Source of the DNA: an uncultured Gemmatimonadales bacterium
GTDB lineage: Bacteria > Gemmatimonadota > Gemmatimonadetes > Gemmatimonadales > JACORV01
DNA length: 64,000 bases
Direction of reading: 5' to 3'
Assembly: GCA_963835535.1 (NCBI GenBank)
Contig: CAWIFL010000004.1
Location: 192,328 to 256,327, forward strand
Below, piece by piece: positions 1 through 8,840 of this stretch (the first letter of the stretch is position 1; each line of letters begins with the position of its first letter). The notes under the pieces were generated by a model, which was not told the origin of the DNA, did not search any database, and saw only the letters and a list, made by a program, of their open reading frames with translations. The position numbers and the translations under genes are program-made.

Positions 1-132
1 GCCCTTGAGGACGGCGACCACGACCGCCGACCGGCCGCCGAACCGCCGGTTCAGCTCGGCCGCGATCTCGGCGACGCGCGCGGCGATCGCCTCCGGCGCG
101 TACAGCACCCGCCCCAGCTGCGGCTCGTCCAT
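1..132 (-). CDS. hpt: Hypoxanthine/guanine phosphoribosyltransferase, N-terminal fragment (gene continues past the left edge)
   Basis: Own reverse-strand translation from ATG at 132-130: MDEPQLGRVLYAPEAIAARVAEIAAELNRRFGGRSAVVVAVLKG. This is a typical HGPRT N-terminus ending in VLKG. It is absent from the ORF track because it is truncated. Confidence 0.6.
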   Translation of the reverse strand, partial: MDEPQLGRVLYAPEAIAARVAEIAAELNRRFGGRSAVVVAVLKG

Positions 133-139
133 CCCCACC

Positions 140-1108
140 TCAGGACTGGCCCCGGTAGACACGCCGCCGGTCGAGGCTCCAGATCGGTTTGGACACGGTC
201 TCCCCCTCGCCGAAGTTGGCGCTCTCCTTGAGGGCCGTCGCGAGGTTTGCCGTGGACGCGGACGCGTGATCGGCCAGGTGCAGGACTTCGGCTTCGAGCG
301 TCATCGGCCGCACCGGGCTGCCGAATTCCAGTTCTCCGTGATGCGAGAGGATCAGGTGCTGCAGCACCAGGCGCTCCGCGTCGCCGAGCGGCGGCTGCTC
401 CTCCTCGTCGAGCCTGCGGTCGAGCATCACCGAGCCGAGCACCACGTGGCCCATGAGGCTGCCGGCCTCCGTCATCGTGAACAACCCGTCCCACGCGTAC
501 GCCTCGAGCTTGCCGATGTCGTGCAGGAGCACGCCCGCCAGGACCAGGTCCCAGGCGGCGCCCGCGGCCTTGGCCATCGTCTTCGCGATCGCGCCCACCT
601 CGACCGTGTGCTTGAGGAGCCCGCCCAGCTCCGCGTGGTGGTTGCTGAGCGAGGCGGGGCAGCGCTCGTAGCGGGACCGGAAGTCGCCGTCGCCGTAAAA
701 GAGCGCCAGCGTCCGCCGCCATGGCCCGTCGGACATCTCGGCGATCCACTTGTCCACCGTCGCCCACCACGGCGTGACGTCGCCGACCGAAGGGAGGAGG
801 CGCGCCCAGTCCACCATCTCCCGGGGCACGGAGCGGATCGAGCTGACCTTGAGCTGGCGGTCGCCCCGGTATTCACCCACGTCGCCGATGACGCTGACGA
901 CCGCGCCCTTCTCGATCCCCTCGACCTTGTGCACCTCCGACGACCAGAACGGCGCCGTCTTCACGCGCCCGCTGCTGTTCCCGAGCGTCAGGATGACGAA
1001 CGGGCTGCCGTCGTTCTGGGTGCGCTGCTCGACGTCGTAGACGAGGAGGGTGTCCTCGACGCGAGCGCCGACGGGAAGCTGGGGAAGCAGAACCGGAGTC
1101 TGGGGCAC
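140..1108 (-). CDS. YhaM-like 3'-5' exoribonuclease (N-terminal OB fold plus HD phosphohydrolase domain)
   Basis: 322-aa ORF. HD signature LLHDIGK and a later HH..E region. The N-terminal beta-rich region resembles an OB fold. GTG start at 1108. Confidence 0.7.
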   Translation of the reverse strand: MPQTPVLLPQLPVGARVEDTLLVYDVEQRTQNDGSPFVILTLGNSSGRVKTAPFWSSEVHKVEGIEKGAVVSVIGDVGEYRGDRQLKVSSIRSVPREMVDWARLLPSVGDVTPWWATVDKWIAEMSDGPWRRTLALFYGDGDFRSRYERCPASLSNHHAELGGLLKHTVEVGAIAKTMAKAAGAAWDLVLAGVLLHDIGKLEAYAWDGLFTMTEAGSLMGHVVLGSVMLDRRLDEEEQPPLGDAERLVLQHLILSHHGELEFGSPVRPMTLEAEVLHLADHASASTANLATALKESANFGEGETVSKPIWSLDRRRVYRGQS

Positions 1109-1120
1109 GGCGAATAATAA

Positions 1121-1203
1121 AGCAGGGGTTAGGGGTTAGGGGTTAGGGGTTTGGCATCCCGGCGCCACCCCTAACCCCTACTCCCTAATCCCTAACCCCT
1201 GCT
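1121..1203. repeat. Imperfect hairpin made of GGGGTTA heptamer repeats (4 units, 16-nt loop, 5 complementary units); terminator-like on the minus strand
   Basis: The sequence reads agcaGGGGTTAGGGGTTAGGGGTTAGGGGTttggcatcccggcgccACCCCTAACCCCTACTCCCTAATCCCTAACCCCtgct. On the minus-strand RNA the stem is followed by UUUAUUAUU. Confidence 0.8.
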
Positions 1204-2685
1204 CTTCGGCTCCTTGAGCCTGTGCAGCGACTCGTCCCGGTCGTCCGCCGGGGTCATGCGGTGGACCGCTTCCGCCCCCGCCGGGAGCAGGTGCGCGATG
1301 GAGTTCGCGTAGTACTCCAGGAGCGGGCGCTGGCGTGGCATCACCGCCACGGACGCGCCCGCCACCACCACGATGCGCCGGAGCCGGAACATCCGCCGCG
1401 CGCGGCCCCAGGTCTCGGTGATGTCGCGGTCCGCCCGGATCACCTTGGCGTTGGTCTCGAGGAGCTGGCCGCGGATCTCGCGCATCCGCTCCAGGAGGTC
1501 CTCCAGCGGGACGACATGCCGCTCGAAGGAGAGGAGGGCGGCGGAGGCGAGGGCCACGGCCGTCACGGGGACGACCGCTCGGACGCCGTCCATGACGTCG
1601 TCGGCGAGGCGCTGGACGTGCGGCAGCCGCTCCTCGCGGGGCAGGGCGAGCACGTCGGTAGCCTGGGCGCCCAGCCAGGTCCGGAGCGACTGCGGCGTGC
1701 CGAAGTTCACGGCGGCGCGGCCGTAGCGCTTGAGGCGCCCGGTGAAGAGGCGCAGGGTGTTGAGCCCCAGGTACTCGACCGTGCTCCAGAGCTGCTTCGG
1801 CCGCGACAGCCGCAGCTCGGGATCGAGGCACTCCTGGATCAGCGCCCGGTCCTCGAGCGTGCGGTCGTAGTTGAGGGCGACGGGGACGAACCAGATGTCG
1901 CGGTCGAACGAACGGTCGCGCAGCGTGCCGACGATGTAGTCGAGCAGGCCGATCTTGGCGGGCCGGAACTTCCCGTCCCGCGACAGGCCGCCCTCGGGGA
2001 AGAGGCCCTGCGTGACCCCGTGGCGGGTCATGAGCTGCACGTAGCGCTCGAGCACCGCGTGGTAGAGCGGCTCCCGGTAGCGGCGCCGCACGAAGTAGGA
2101 CCCGAACGACTTGAAGATCGTCTCCAGCGGCCAGATCCGCGCCCACTCCCCCACGGCGTAGCTCACGGCGACGCCCCGCGCCAGGACGTAGGCGACCACC
2201 ACGTAGTCGGCGTTGGAGCGGTGGTTCATCAGGTAGACCACGACGTCCGCGCGCGGGATCCGCTCGAGCGCCGCCTCGTCCTGGTAGTCCACCGTGACCT
2301 TGTACAGCAGGTTCAGCGTGAGCTTCGCGAGGTTGTAGCCGAGGCGGTAGTACGACAGCACGTTGAAGAACGGCAGGATCTCGTCGATGTACTGCTCGAC
2401 CCGGACGCGCACCTCCAGCTCGGTGAGCCGGTGCTCGCGGCGGTGCTCGCGCATCGCCGCCACCACGACGGGATCGAGGATCAGCTCGTCGTGGATGGCG
2501 CGGCGGGAGACGAGCTTGAAACGGGCGATCCGCGCCTGGAAGTCGCGCAGGGCCTTGCGCGCCGAGCGCCGGAGGCGGGCGCGGAAGGCGGCGGTGGTCG
2601 TGCGGGTGAGCCAGAGCGTCAGGCCGGCCGCGAGGAACGCGGCCGCGGCGAGCAGCAACGAGTCCAGCAGCGTCATCGCTCGCAC
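1192..2685 (-). CDS. Glycerol-3-phosphate/lysophospholipid acyltransferase (PlsB/GPAT-like, HX4D motif)
   Basis: 497-aa ORF with an N-terminal TM helix, NHRSNADY (HX4D acyltransferase motif) and FPEGGLSRDG (block III). The stop codon lies inside the heptamer repeat. Confidence 0.7.
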   Translation of the reverse strand: MRAMTLLDSLLLAAAAFLAAGLTLWLTRTTTAAFRARLRRSARKALRDFQARIARFKLVSRRAIHDELILDPVVVAAMREHRREHRLTELEVRVRVEQYIDEILPFFNVLSYYRLGYNLAKLTLNLLYKVTVDYQDEAALERIPRADVVVYLMNHRSNADYVVVAYVLARGVAVSYAVGEWARIWPLETIFKSFGSYFVRRRYREPLYHAVLERYVQLMTRHGVTQGLFPEGGLSRDGKFRPAKIGLLDYIVGTLRDRSFDRDIWFVPVALNYDRTLEDRALIQECLDPELRLSRPKQLWSTVEYLGLNTLRLFTGRLKRYGRAAVNFGTPQSLRTWLGAQATDVLALPREERLPHVQRLADDVMDGVRAVVPVTAVALASAALLSFERHVVPLEDLLERMREIRGQLLETNAKVIRADRDITETWGRARRMFRLRRIVVVAGASVAVMPRQRPLLEYYANSIAHLLPAGAEAVHRMTPADDRDESLHRLKEPKSRG

Positions 2686-2694
2686 CCCGCCAGG

Positions 2695-3729
2695 TCAGGC
2701 GGTCGGCAGCTGTCCTGCCGCCTTCAGCTGCTGGAAGGCCATCCCCTTGAGCCGGGTGATCCGCATCGCCATGGGCGGGTGGGTGGCCAGCAGGTCGGCC
2801 AGCCTCCCCTCCCTGCTGTTGACGTCGCGGCCCAGCGGGTCGGCGATGCAGAGGTGCGCCGCCCCTTCCTTGATGTGCGTCGTCGGCGCCTCATGCGTCT
2901 CGATCTTCTCGAGGGCCGAGGCCAGGGCCCCGGGGTTGCGCGTCAGCTCGGCGCCCGTGGCGTCCGCCAGATACTCGCGGTCCCGGGAGACGGCCATCGC
3001 CATGATCCTGGAGATGAAGGGGGCGAGGATCAGGGTGATGATCCACAGGACGAAGACGACGGCCGCAGCGGCGAGCAGCGGCCCGTTCGCCCTCCGGCCG
3101 CGGCCGAGCAGGCCGAGGCTCCGCCCGCCGCCGCCGCGGAGCATCCGCCCCATCCCGTTCGACAGCACGACGATCACGCCGACCAGCGCCGCGATGAGCG
3201 TCATCAGCCGGACGTCGAAGTTGCGGACGTGCCCCATCTCGTGGGCGATGACCGCCTGCAGCTCCTCGCGATTGAGGATGGCCAGCAGCCCGGTCGTGGC
3301 GGCGATGCAGGCCGTCTGCGGATCGCGCCCCGTGGCGAAGGCGTTGGGGTCGGGATCGTCGATCACGTAGACCTTCGGCTTCGGCAGGCCGGTCGCGACG
3401 GCCATCTCCTCCACGACGTCCACGAACTGCTTCTCCTCGAACGACTGGGGCGTCGCGATCTCCCGCGCGCCGGTGGACCAGAGCACCTGCTGGGGTCCCT
3501 TCCGCCACGCCACCCAGGCGGCGATCACCGCGACGACCGTGACGACCACGCCGATCCAGGGGAAGCGATACGGCACCTGGCCCTCGGTGCGCGCGGCCGC
3601 CGCGAGATAGATCGCGAGGTCGCCCCCGAAGCCGAGCCAGGCGAAGAAGAGGATGAACAGCGCCATCCACGCCACCGTCAGGCGGCGGTTCCGCGCCTGC
3701 TGCTCGAAGAGGTTCAGGCCCGCGGTCAC
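2695..3729 (-). CDS. M48 family zinc metalloprotease (HtpX-like)
   Basis: HEMGHV zinc motif and several TM helices. The preferred start is GTG at 3729, forming a GTGA overlap with the LemA stop at 3726-3728. The track ORF extends to 3798. Confidence 0.8.
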   Translation of the reverse strand: MTAGLNLFEQQARNRRLTVAWMALFILFFAWLGFGGDLAIYLAAAARTEGQVPYRFPWIGVVVTVVAVIAAWVAWRKGPQQVLWSTGAREIATPQSFEEKQFVDVVEEMAVATGLPKPKVYVIDDPDPNAFATGRDPQTACIAATTGLLAILNREELQAVIAHEMGHVRNFDVRLMTLIAALVGVIVVLSNGMGRMLRGGGGRSLGLLGRGRRANGPLLAAAAVVFVLWIITLILAPFISRIMAMAVSRDREYLADATGAELTRNPGALASALEKIETHEAPTTHIKEGAAHLCIADPLGRDVNSREGRLADLLATHPPMAMRITRLKGMAFQQLKAAGQLPTA

Positions 3730-4307
3730 CCTTGCGGCTTCTGCAGCGAGAGGTCGACCGTCGGCACCGCGCGCTCCGCCTTGTCCTCGATCTCCCACAG
3801 CTCGGCGATCTCGGCCCTCGCCAGACCCGCCACGAGGTTGGTGGGGAACTGCTGCTGTTTCGTGTTGTACCCCGTCGCGACGTCGTTATAGAACTGCCGC
3901 GCGAAGGCGATCTTGTTCTCCGTGCTCGACAGCTCCTCCTGCAGGTCGCGCACGTTCTGCGACGACTTGAGGTCCGGGTAGCGCTCCATCACGACGAACA
4001 GCTTGCCGAGGGCGCCGGTCAGCGCGGTCTCGGCCGCCGCCGTTTCCTTCACGCCGCCGCCGGCCCCGCTCTGCATCGCGCGCGACCGGGCGCTGACCAC
4101 GGCGTCGAGGGTGTCCTTCTCGAAGTTCATCGACCCCTTGACCGTGTTGACCAGGTTGGGGATCAGATCGTGCCGCCGCTTGAGCTGCACGTCGATCTGC
4201 TTCCACGCGTTGACCGTCTGGTTCTTGAGGGCGATCAGGCCGTTGTAGGCGCCGACGATCCAGAGGATGAGGGCGACGACGACGACGAGGAACAGGATGG
4301 TGCCCAT
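3726..4307 (-). CDS. lemA: LemA family protein
   Basis: 193 aa with an N-terminal TM helix, then the characteristic YNGLIALKNQTVNAWKQIDVQLKRRHDLIPNLV sequence. Confidence 0.9.
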   Translation of the reverse strand: MGTILFLVVVVALILWIVGAYNGLIALKNQTVNAWKQIDVQLKRRHDLIPNLVNTVKGSMNFEKDTLDAVVSARSRAMQSGAGGGVKETAAAETALTGALGKLFVVMERYPDLKSSQNVRDLQEELSSTENKIAFARQFYNDVATGYNTKQQQFPTNLVAGLARAEIAELWEIEDKAERAVPTVDLSLQKPQG

Positions 4308-4424
4308 GGATCTGGGGTCTCCGGGAGGGTTCCTGCGAATGTGCCGTACGCGCCGGATGCTGGCAAGGGCGCGGCAAGGTCGCTATCCTGTTGACGTTAC
4401 CCGACGACAGAAAGCGGTGGCCAG

Positions 4425-6827
4425 GTGAGTTGCCAGCCGGCAAGTCGCACAGTGGTTGCCAGCCGCAAGAAGACGGGGGCAGGGGCTATCGCGTCTCTGC
4501 TGTTGTGCCTCTGTGCCTCCGTGCCTCCATGGGTTCCTGTTGTTCGGGCCCAGGCGCCGCAGGACATCACAGTGGTCGGAGTGCCCGGTTTCCGGCCGAC
4601 GGCCGTGCTCCTGCCGCACTTCCAGTTCTGGGTCGCAGTGGACACCGCGGCGGGCGGCGTGGTCCTGCGGGATCTCACCATCAACCCGGTCACGTTCACC
4701 GGGTGGGTGCGCATCGAGGGCATCCAGCTCGGGGCGCGGGAACCGGAGAACGCGGCGTTCCCCGACAGCGTGCGCTTCGGCGCCGACGGGCGGGTGACGC
4801 TCCTCATCGCGGACTCGGCGCTGGGCGCGCCGCTCCAGATCGAGCCGCAGGGGGTTCCCGGCGCGGCCGCGGGCCGGCTGGAGATCTCGGCGCCGCGGTG
4901 GCCGCTGAACCGGGCGGTGCTGGTGACGATCGACCCGGCGGATCTCTACGAGCAGCGGTGGCGCTCGGTGGGCTACGGCGTCCGGGACCGGATCACGGTG
5001 GACGACGCGCGGCACGTGGCGTTCCTCCAGGATTCCACCATCGCCGGCACGGTCATCGCCATCGCGCCGGGGCGCGGCACCCAGGCGGCGGTCCACGTCG
5101 AGGGGACCTCGATCGTCCTCACGCAGCAGTTCGGCGAGTCCGTGGGCCGCGAGCGACGTGCGCTCGGGCGTCTCGTGCTGGCCCTGCAGCCGACCCGCGA
5201 CGCCAGCGGCGCGATGCACGCCGAGGTGGTCTTCGGGTCGGGCGACAGCCAGGATGCCGCCGCGAGCGCGGTCGCGGTGGCGCTGGAAGGACGGACGCTG
5301 CCGCCGGAGCCGGCGGGCCCGCGTGTGGCCACCCCGTCGTCCGACGTCGAGAACGTGCTCGCGCACATCCTCGGAGCGGCCGCGCCGATGCTGCGCTACG
5401 ATCGCATCGCGACCTTCCGCAACATCCCCGCCGGTTCGTACACCTTCCTCGCCGCGTTCGACCGCGACGGGTGGTACGGCACCACCGCCGCGCTGCAGCT
5501 GGGCGATCCGGAGGTGGTCTGCTCCGAGTACGCGCTGATGAAGCAGTACGCCGATCCGTCCGGCGCGCAGCGCCACGAGATCTGGAACCGGCTCGGTGCC
5601 CGGGGCCGCTACGTCTGGACCGACGACTGGGGCGGCCGCTGGATGGGGGACAAGGACCCCTACGAGATCCTCAAGGGGTACGCCTGCTACCGCGCGACTC
5701 GCGACACGGCGTGGCTGGCGAGCGAGCTCAAGAACCTCCGCCACATCGCACACTACGTGCTGGCGAGCGACCGGAACGGGAACGGGCTCGTCGAAGGGAT
5801 GAGCTCCGCGACGTACTCCGAGATGTCGCCGCTGGATCCGCGCGATCAGCCGTACCTGTCGGAAGATCCCTACGTGAACGCGCTGACCGCGTACGCCCTC
5901 GACCGGCTCGCGGAGCTGGAGGACGAGGCCGCGTTGCGGTTCAACGTGATGGCGCTGGGCGACAGCGCCGCCGCGTGGCGGGCCGCGGCGAACGGGATCC
6001 GCGCGGCGCTGCCGACGCTGTACCGGCCGCAGATGGGGTGGTTCACCTACCACGCGATGGCCGACAGCGCGAGGAGCTGGGACCACTACCATCTCCAGCC
6101 CGTGGACGCACTCGTCTTCGACGGCGTCGCCGACACGGCGATCAGCGGAGCGATGGTGCGGCGGCTGCTGGCCCCCGACTGGTGGGACGCCAGGAACCAG
6201 GGGTTCTTCGCGGTGCCGAGCAGCGACAGCTGGCACGACATGGGCGGGTACTGGACCGGCTGGGACTGGCACATCCTCGACTTCAAAGCGCTCGAGGCGG
6301 CGTTCCGCTTCGGCACGGCGGCCCAGCGGCGTGAAGCGTGGCAGCGGCTCGACGCCGAGGCCTCGCGCATCGTCCACGTCAACTACGGCCGCCCGGGGGA
6401 GCGCGGCGACGACAACGGGCTCTTCATGTTCTCAGCGGGGTCCTACCTCGATCTGCTGGCGCGCGGGCTGTTCGGGGTGGATGAGCACCTCGACGCCATC
6501 GAGATCGCGCCGCACGTCGACGGGATCGCCGACGATCACGTCTGGCGGCTCGAGGGGTGGAGGCTTGGCGCGGACTCGCTCAGCCTGGCATACCGGCCCG
6601 CCGACCGCGCGGTCACGCTCACCCTGACCCCGAGGCGTTCGGTACGCCTCGAGCTGCGGTTCGGCTGGCTGGTGCGGGGGTCCTGCGCCGCGGTGATCCG
6701 GCCCAACGTGACGCAGTATTACGATCTGGTGCCGCAGGCCGACGGATGGGCCGCGTTCGACGGGGCGGGCGGCTCCGAAACCGTCACGATCCGGGTGTCG
6801 GCGGCGGGCTGCCCGAAGCCGAGCTGA
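4425..6827 (+). CDS. Secreted hypothetical protein, possibly with a C-terminal (alpha/alpha)6 glycosidase-like domain
   Basis: 800-aa ORF with strong GC3 bias and a signal-like segment (GAIASLLLCLCASVPPWVPVVRAQA). An alternative GTG start lies at 4452, downstream of repeat B1. The W/Y/D-rich C-terminal half weakly resembles six-hairpin glycosidases. Confidence 0.6.
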   Translation: MSCQPASRTVVASRKKTGAGAIASLLLCLCASVPPWVPVVRAQAPQDITVVGVPGFRPTAVLLPHFQFWVAVDTAAGGVVLRDLTINPVTFTGWVRIEGIQLGAREPENAAFPDSVRFGADGRVTLLIADSALGAPLQIEPQGVPGAAAGRLEISAPRWPLNRAVLVTIDPADLYEQRWRSVGYGVRDRITVDDARHVAFLQDSTIAGTVIAIAPGRGTQAAVHVEGTSIVLTQQFGESVGRERRALGRLVLALQPTRDASGAMHAEVVFGSGDSQDAAASAVAVALEGRTLPPEPAGPRVATPSSDVENVLAHILGAAAPMLRYDRIATFRNIPAGSYTFLAAFDRDGWYGTTAALQLGDPEVVCSEYALMKQYADPSGAQRHEIWNRLGARGRYVWTDDWGGRWMGDKDPYEILKGYACYRATRDTAWLASELKNLRHIAHYVLASDRNGNGLVEGMSSATYSEMSPLDPRDQPYLSEDPYVNALTAYALDRLAELEDEAALRFNVMALGDSAAAWRAAANGIRAALPTLYRPQMGWFTYHAMADSARSWDHYHLQPVDALVFDGVADTAISGAMVRRLLAPDWWDARNQGFFAVPSSDSWHDMGGYWTGWDWHILDFKALEAAFRFGTAAQRREAWQRLDAEASRIVHVNYGRPGERGDDNGLFMFSAGSYLDLLARGLFGVDEHLDAIEIAPHVDGIADDHVWRLEGWRLGADSLSLAYRPADRAVTLTLTPRRSVRLELRFGWLVRGSCAAVIRPNVTQYYDLVPQADGWAAFDGAGGSETVTIRVSAAGCPKPS
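4427..4462 (+). repeat. GTTGCCAG-type short repeat element, copy B1
   Basis: gagttgccagccggcaagtcgcacagtggttgccag aligns with the copies at 22969-23003 and 29819-29853. Confidence 0.7.
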
Positions 6828-8043
6828 GCTGCGCCGGCGCGCCGCGGCGGGAGCCCACGAGCGCGATCAGCCAGATCCATCCGAGCAGCAGGACCGCGTG
6901 CGGGCGGGAGGCGGTGCGCAGCAGCAGGCCCAGATTCAGGGGCATGCTGAACGCCGAGCCGAGCCGCGTTTCCGGGAGCCAGCGCCGTAGGGCCACCACC
7001 TGATTCGACGCGACGCCGCCTGAGCGCCAGTGATGGATGAGCGCGCGCGTCAACACGCTGTCGCCAAGCGCGCGCCACCCCGGCAGCCGCACCAGGTTCC
7101 ACACCGTCGCTGCGTTGCCGTACCCGTGCATGTCGGTCGAGCCGAAGATCGGTCGATTCTCCAGCCTCGACCACGAGATCACCGTGCGCCGTGCCGAGGG
7201 TGGAAGGTCCATGGCCTGAGGCGCACTGGTCCAGATCTCGAATCCGTCCACGCCCCATTCGCTCAGCTGTCCGAACTCGGCGCCCGTGTGGTGGCCCCAG
7301 TCCTCCGGCAAGGTCGGCACGAGGAAGACGGAGTCGGCGTGCAGGCGCCGGATCAGGGCTCCGGTCGAGTCCCACGAGGCATCGTACGGCTGGTGCGGAA
7401 CCACGGCGCTGATGCCGAGAGTCAGGAGGTGGATGCCGAAGAGCGACACCTCCTCGCCGTCGAGGAGGCGCGGCCGCCGCCCGGCGGCTTCGAGGCGCCC
7501 GATCTTCGCGGCGCCGAACACGTTGTGATCGGTGACGAACGCCGCGTCGAATCCCGCCCGTGCGTGCCACCCGGCGTTCTGGGCTGCGCCGAAGCCGGGG
7601 CGGCCGTCATGGGACATCGCCGTGTGCGAGTGGACGTCGAGGATGAGCACGTCGGGATCCGCCGCCGCCAGCCGGGGAATCGGGCGCGGGAGCCAGTAGC
7701 CCCAGGCGAGGAATGCGGCGAGGGCGAGGACGAACCCGGCGCCGTACGCCGCCTCTCGCAGCGCCCGGCGCGCGGGCGGGGTGCGGTGCGCGGCGAGGCG
7801 TGCCAGCACGTAGGCGAGCAGGGCCCAGACGCCGAAGCCGATCAGGTCGCGGCGCGAGCCGCCGTTGAGCCAGTCGGCCAGCAGGGTCAGGGGCGCGAAG
7901 ACGACGTGCAGGCCGGGATACGAAAGCCGCGCCGACGTGGGCGCGGTCCAGGTCACGACGTCGACGAGGGGATCGAGGGCGAAGAGCTGCGCAACGACGA
8001 CGCACGCGGTCAGAACGACGGGGAGCCGCCAGCGCAGCCGCAT
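6784..8043 (-). CDS. Membrane-anchored PHP-domain metal-dependent phosphoesterase
   Basis: 419 aa with several N-terminal TM helices, then ILDVHSHTAMSHDG (PHP HxH motif), FVTDHN and STDMHGYG. Confidence 0.65.
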   Translation of the reverse strand: MRLRWRLPVVLTACVVVAQLFALDPLVDVVTWTAPTSARLSYPGLHVVFAPLTLLADWLNGGSRRDLIGFGVWALLAYVLARLAAHRTPPARRALREAAYGAGFVLALAAFLAWGYWLPRPIPRLAAADPDVLILDVHSHTAMSHDGRPGFGAAQNAGWHARAGFDAAFVTDHNVFGAAKIGRLEAAGRRPRLLDGEEVSLFGIHLLTLGISAVVPHQPYDASWDSTGALIRRLHADSVFLVPTLPEDWGHHTGAEFGQLSEWGVDGFEIWTSAPQAMDLPPSARRTVISWSRLENRPIFGSTDMHGYGNAATVWNLVRLPGWRALGDSVLTRALIHHWRSGGVASNQVVALRRWLPETRLGSAFSMPLNLGLLLRTASRPHAVLLLGWIWLIALVGSRRGAPAQLSSASGSPPPTPGS

Positions 8044-8049
8044 GCGGAG

Positions 8050-8673
8050 CTACGAGGTCGACTCGACCGACGACTCCCGCACCACCCGCGCGATGCGGTC
8101 GGCCAGGCGCTGCCGCTGGGCCGCCGTGCGCGCCGCCGGGTGGTCCTGCCGCAGGGAAACCTCCGCCCCGTCGTCGAGCGCGATGCGGTACCACGCTCCC
8201 GCCGGCGCCGCGGACGCGTCCGAGCCGCCGGTGGACGCGGCGCGCTGGTTGACGGCGCGGGCGACCCGCCCGCGGGGCGCCACGTGGCCACGGAAATCCA
8301 GCTGCTCGGGCGACGGCATCGTGCCCAGCGCGGAGGCCACGCGCTTCTCGAGCACGTCGCCCGGCGCCTCCGTGATGTCCTTGGTGATCGTGGCCAGCGT
8401 CGCCCCCTCCATCTGCCGCAGCTTGATCGAGAGCAGCTGCAGGAGGTGGCGATAGCCGTACGTGGCCGCGGTGCCGCGCCCCTCGGGCGGGCTCATCAGG
8501 TGGCGCGTGACGTAGAAGCGGATCGTGCGGTCGGACGGCCGGCTCTGGGCCGCCGCGTTGATCGGCGTCACGCCCGACGCGTCGAGGATGCCGCCCGACA
8601 ACGCCGCGAGATCCCGGATGTTCCAGGGCGCAAGCTTCGCGTACTCGCGGAGGGTCACGAGGGGGTCGCTCAT
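8050..8673 (-). CDS. MerR-like helix-turn-helix protein
   Basis: 207 aa. The segment RTIRFYVTRHLMSPPEGRGTAATYGYRHLLQLLSIKLRQ resembles a MerR-type HTH/wing. Located 6 nt upstream of the PHP gene on the same strand. Confidence 0.5.
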   Translation of the reverse strand: MSDPLVTLREYAKLAPWNIRDLAALSGGILDASGVTPINAAAQSRPSDRTIRFYVTRHLMSPPEGRGTAATYGYRHLLQLLSIKLRQMEGATLATITKDITEAPGDVLEKRVASALGTMPSPEQLDFRGHVAPRGRVARAVNQRAASTGGSDASAAPAGAWYRIALDDGAEVSLRQDHPAARTAAQRQRLADRIARVVRESSVESTS

Positions 8674-8767
8674 GTGGCCCAGATTTCATATCCCGCCGCC
8701 GCGCGGTCCGCAAGGAGGGGTCCAACGCGGTCCGGCTGGCGCGCGTAGTAGTCGTGTACGCGTCGCC

Positions 8768-8796
8768 TTGACGGACCCGGCGTCGGCCCGTACGAT
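8768..8796 (+). promoter_or_regulatory. Candidate sigma70-type promoter for the amidohydrolase operon
   Basis: TTGACG (8768-8773), 17-nt spacer, TACGAT (8791-8796). GGAG lies 6 nt before the ATG at 8841. Confidence 0.35.
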
Positions 8797-8840
8797 GGCA
8801 CGTTCCGTATCCGCTGTTTGCACATCTCCCCGGAGCACCT

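Noticed and set aside
1121-1203. Heptamer and octamer tandem repeats considered as a CRISPR array or as a telomere / linear replicon end.
   Set aside because: The units are 7-8 nt with no spacers, and no cas genes are present. The heptamer tract is an internal hairpin between two ordinary co-directional genes, not a chromosome terminus.
1222-3891. Very long ORFs antisense to, or out of frame with, recognisable genes. Examples: 1222-3891 (+), 4383-6377 (-), 9791-11935 (-), 13128-15149 (-), 15393-17783 (-), 46174-49191 (-), 56178-58586 (-), and the upstream part of 59807-62017 (-).
   Set aside because: Their translations are Arg/Pro/Gly/Ala/His-rich low-complexity strings with no motifs. Each overlaps a gene with clear family signatures and strong GC3 bias in another frame. 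Such shadow ORFs are expected at ~70% GC.
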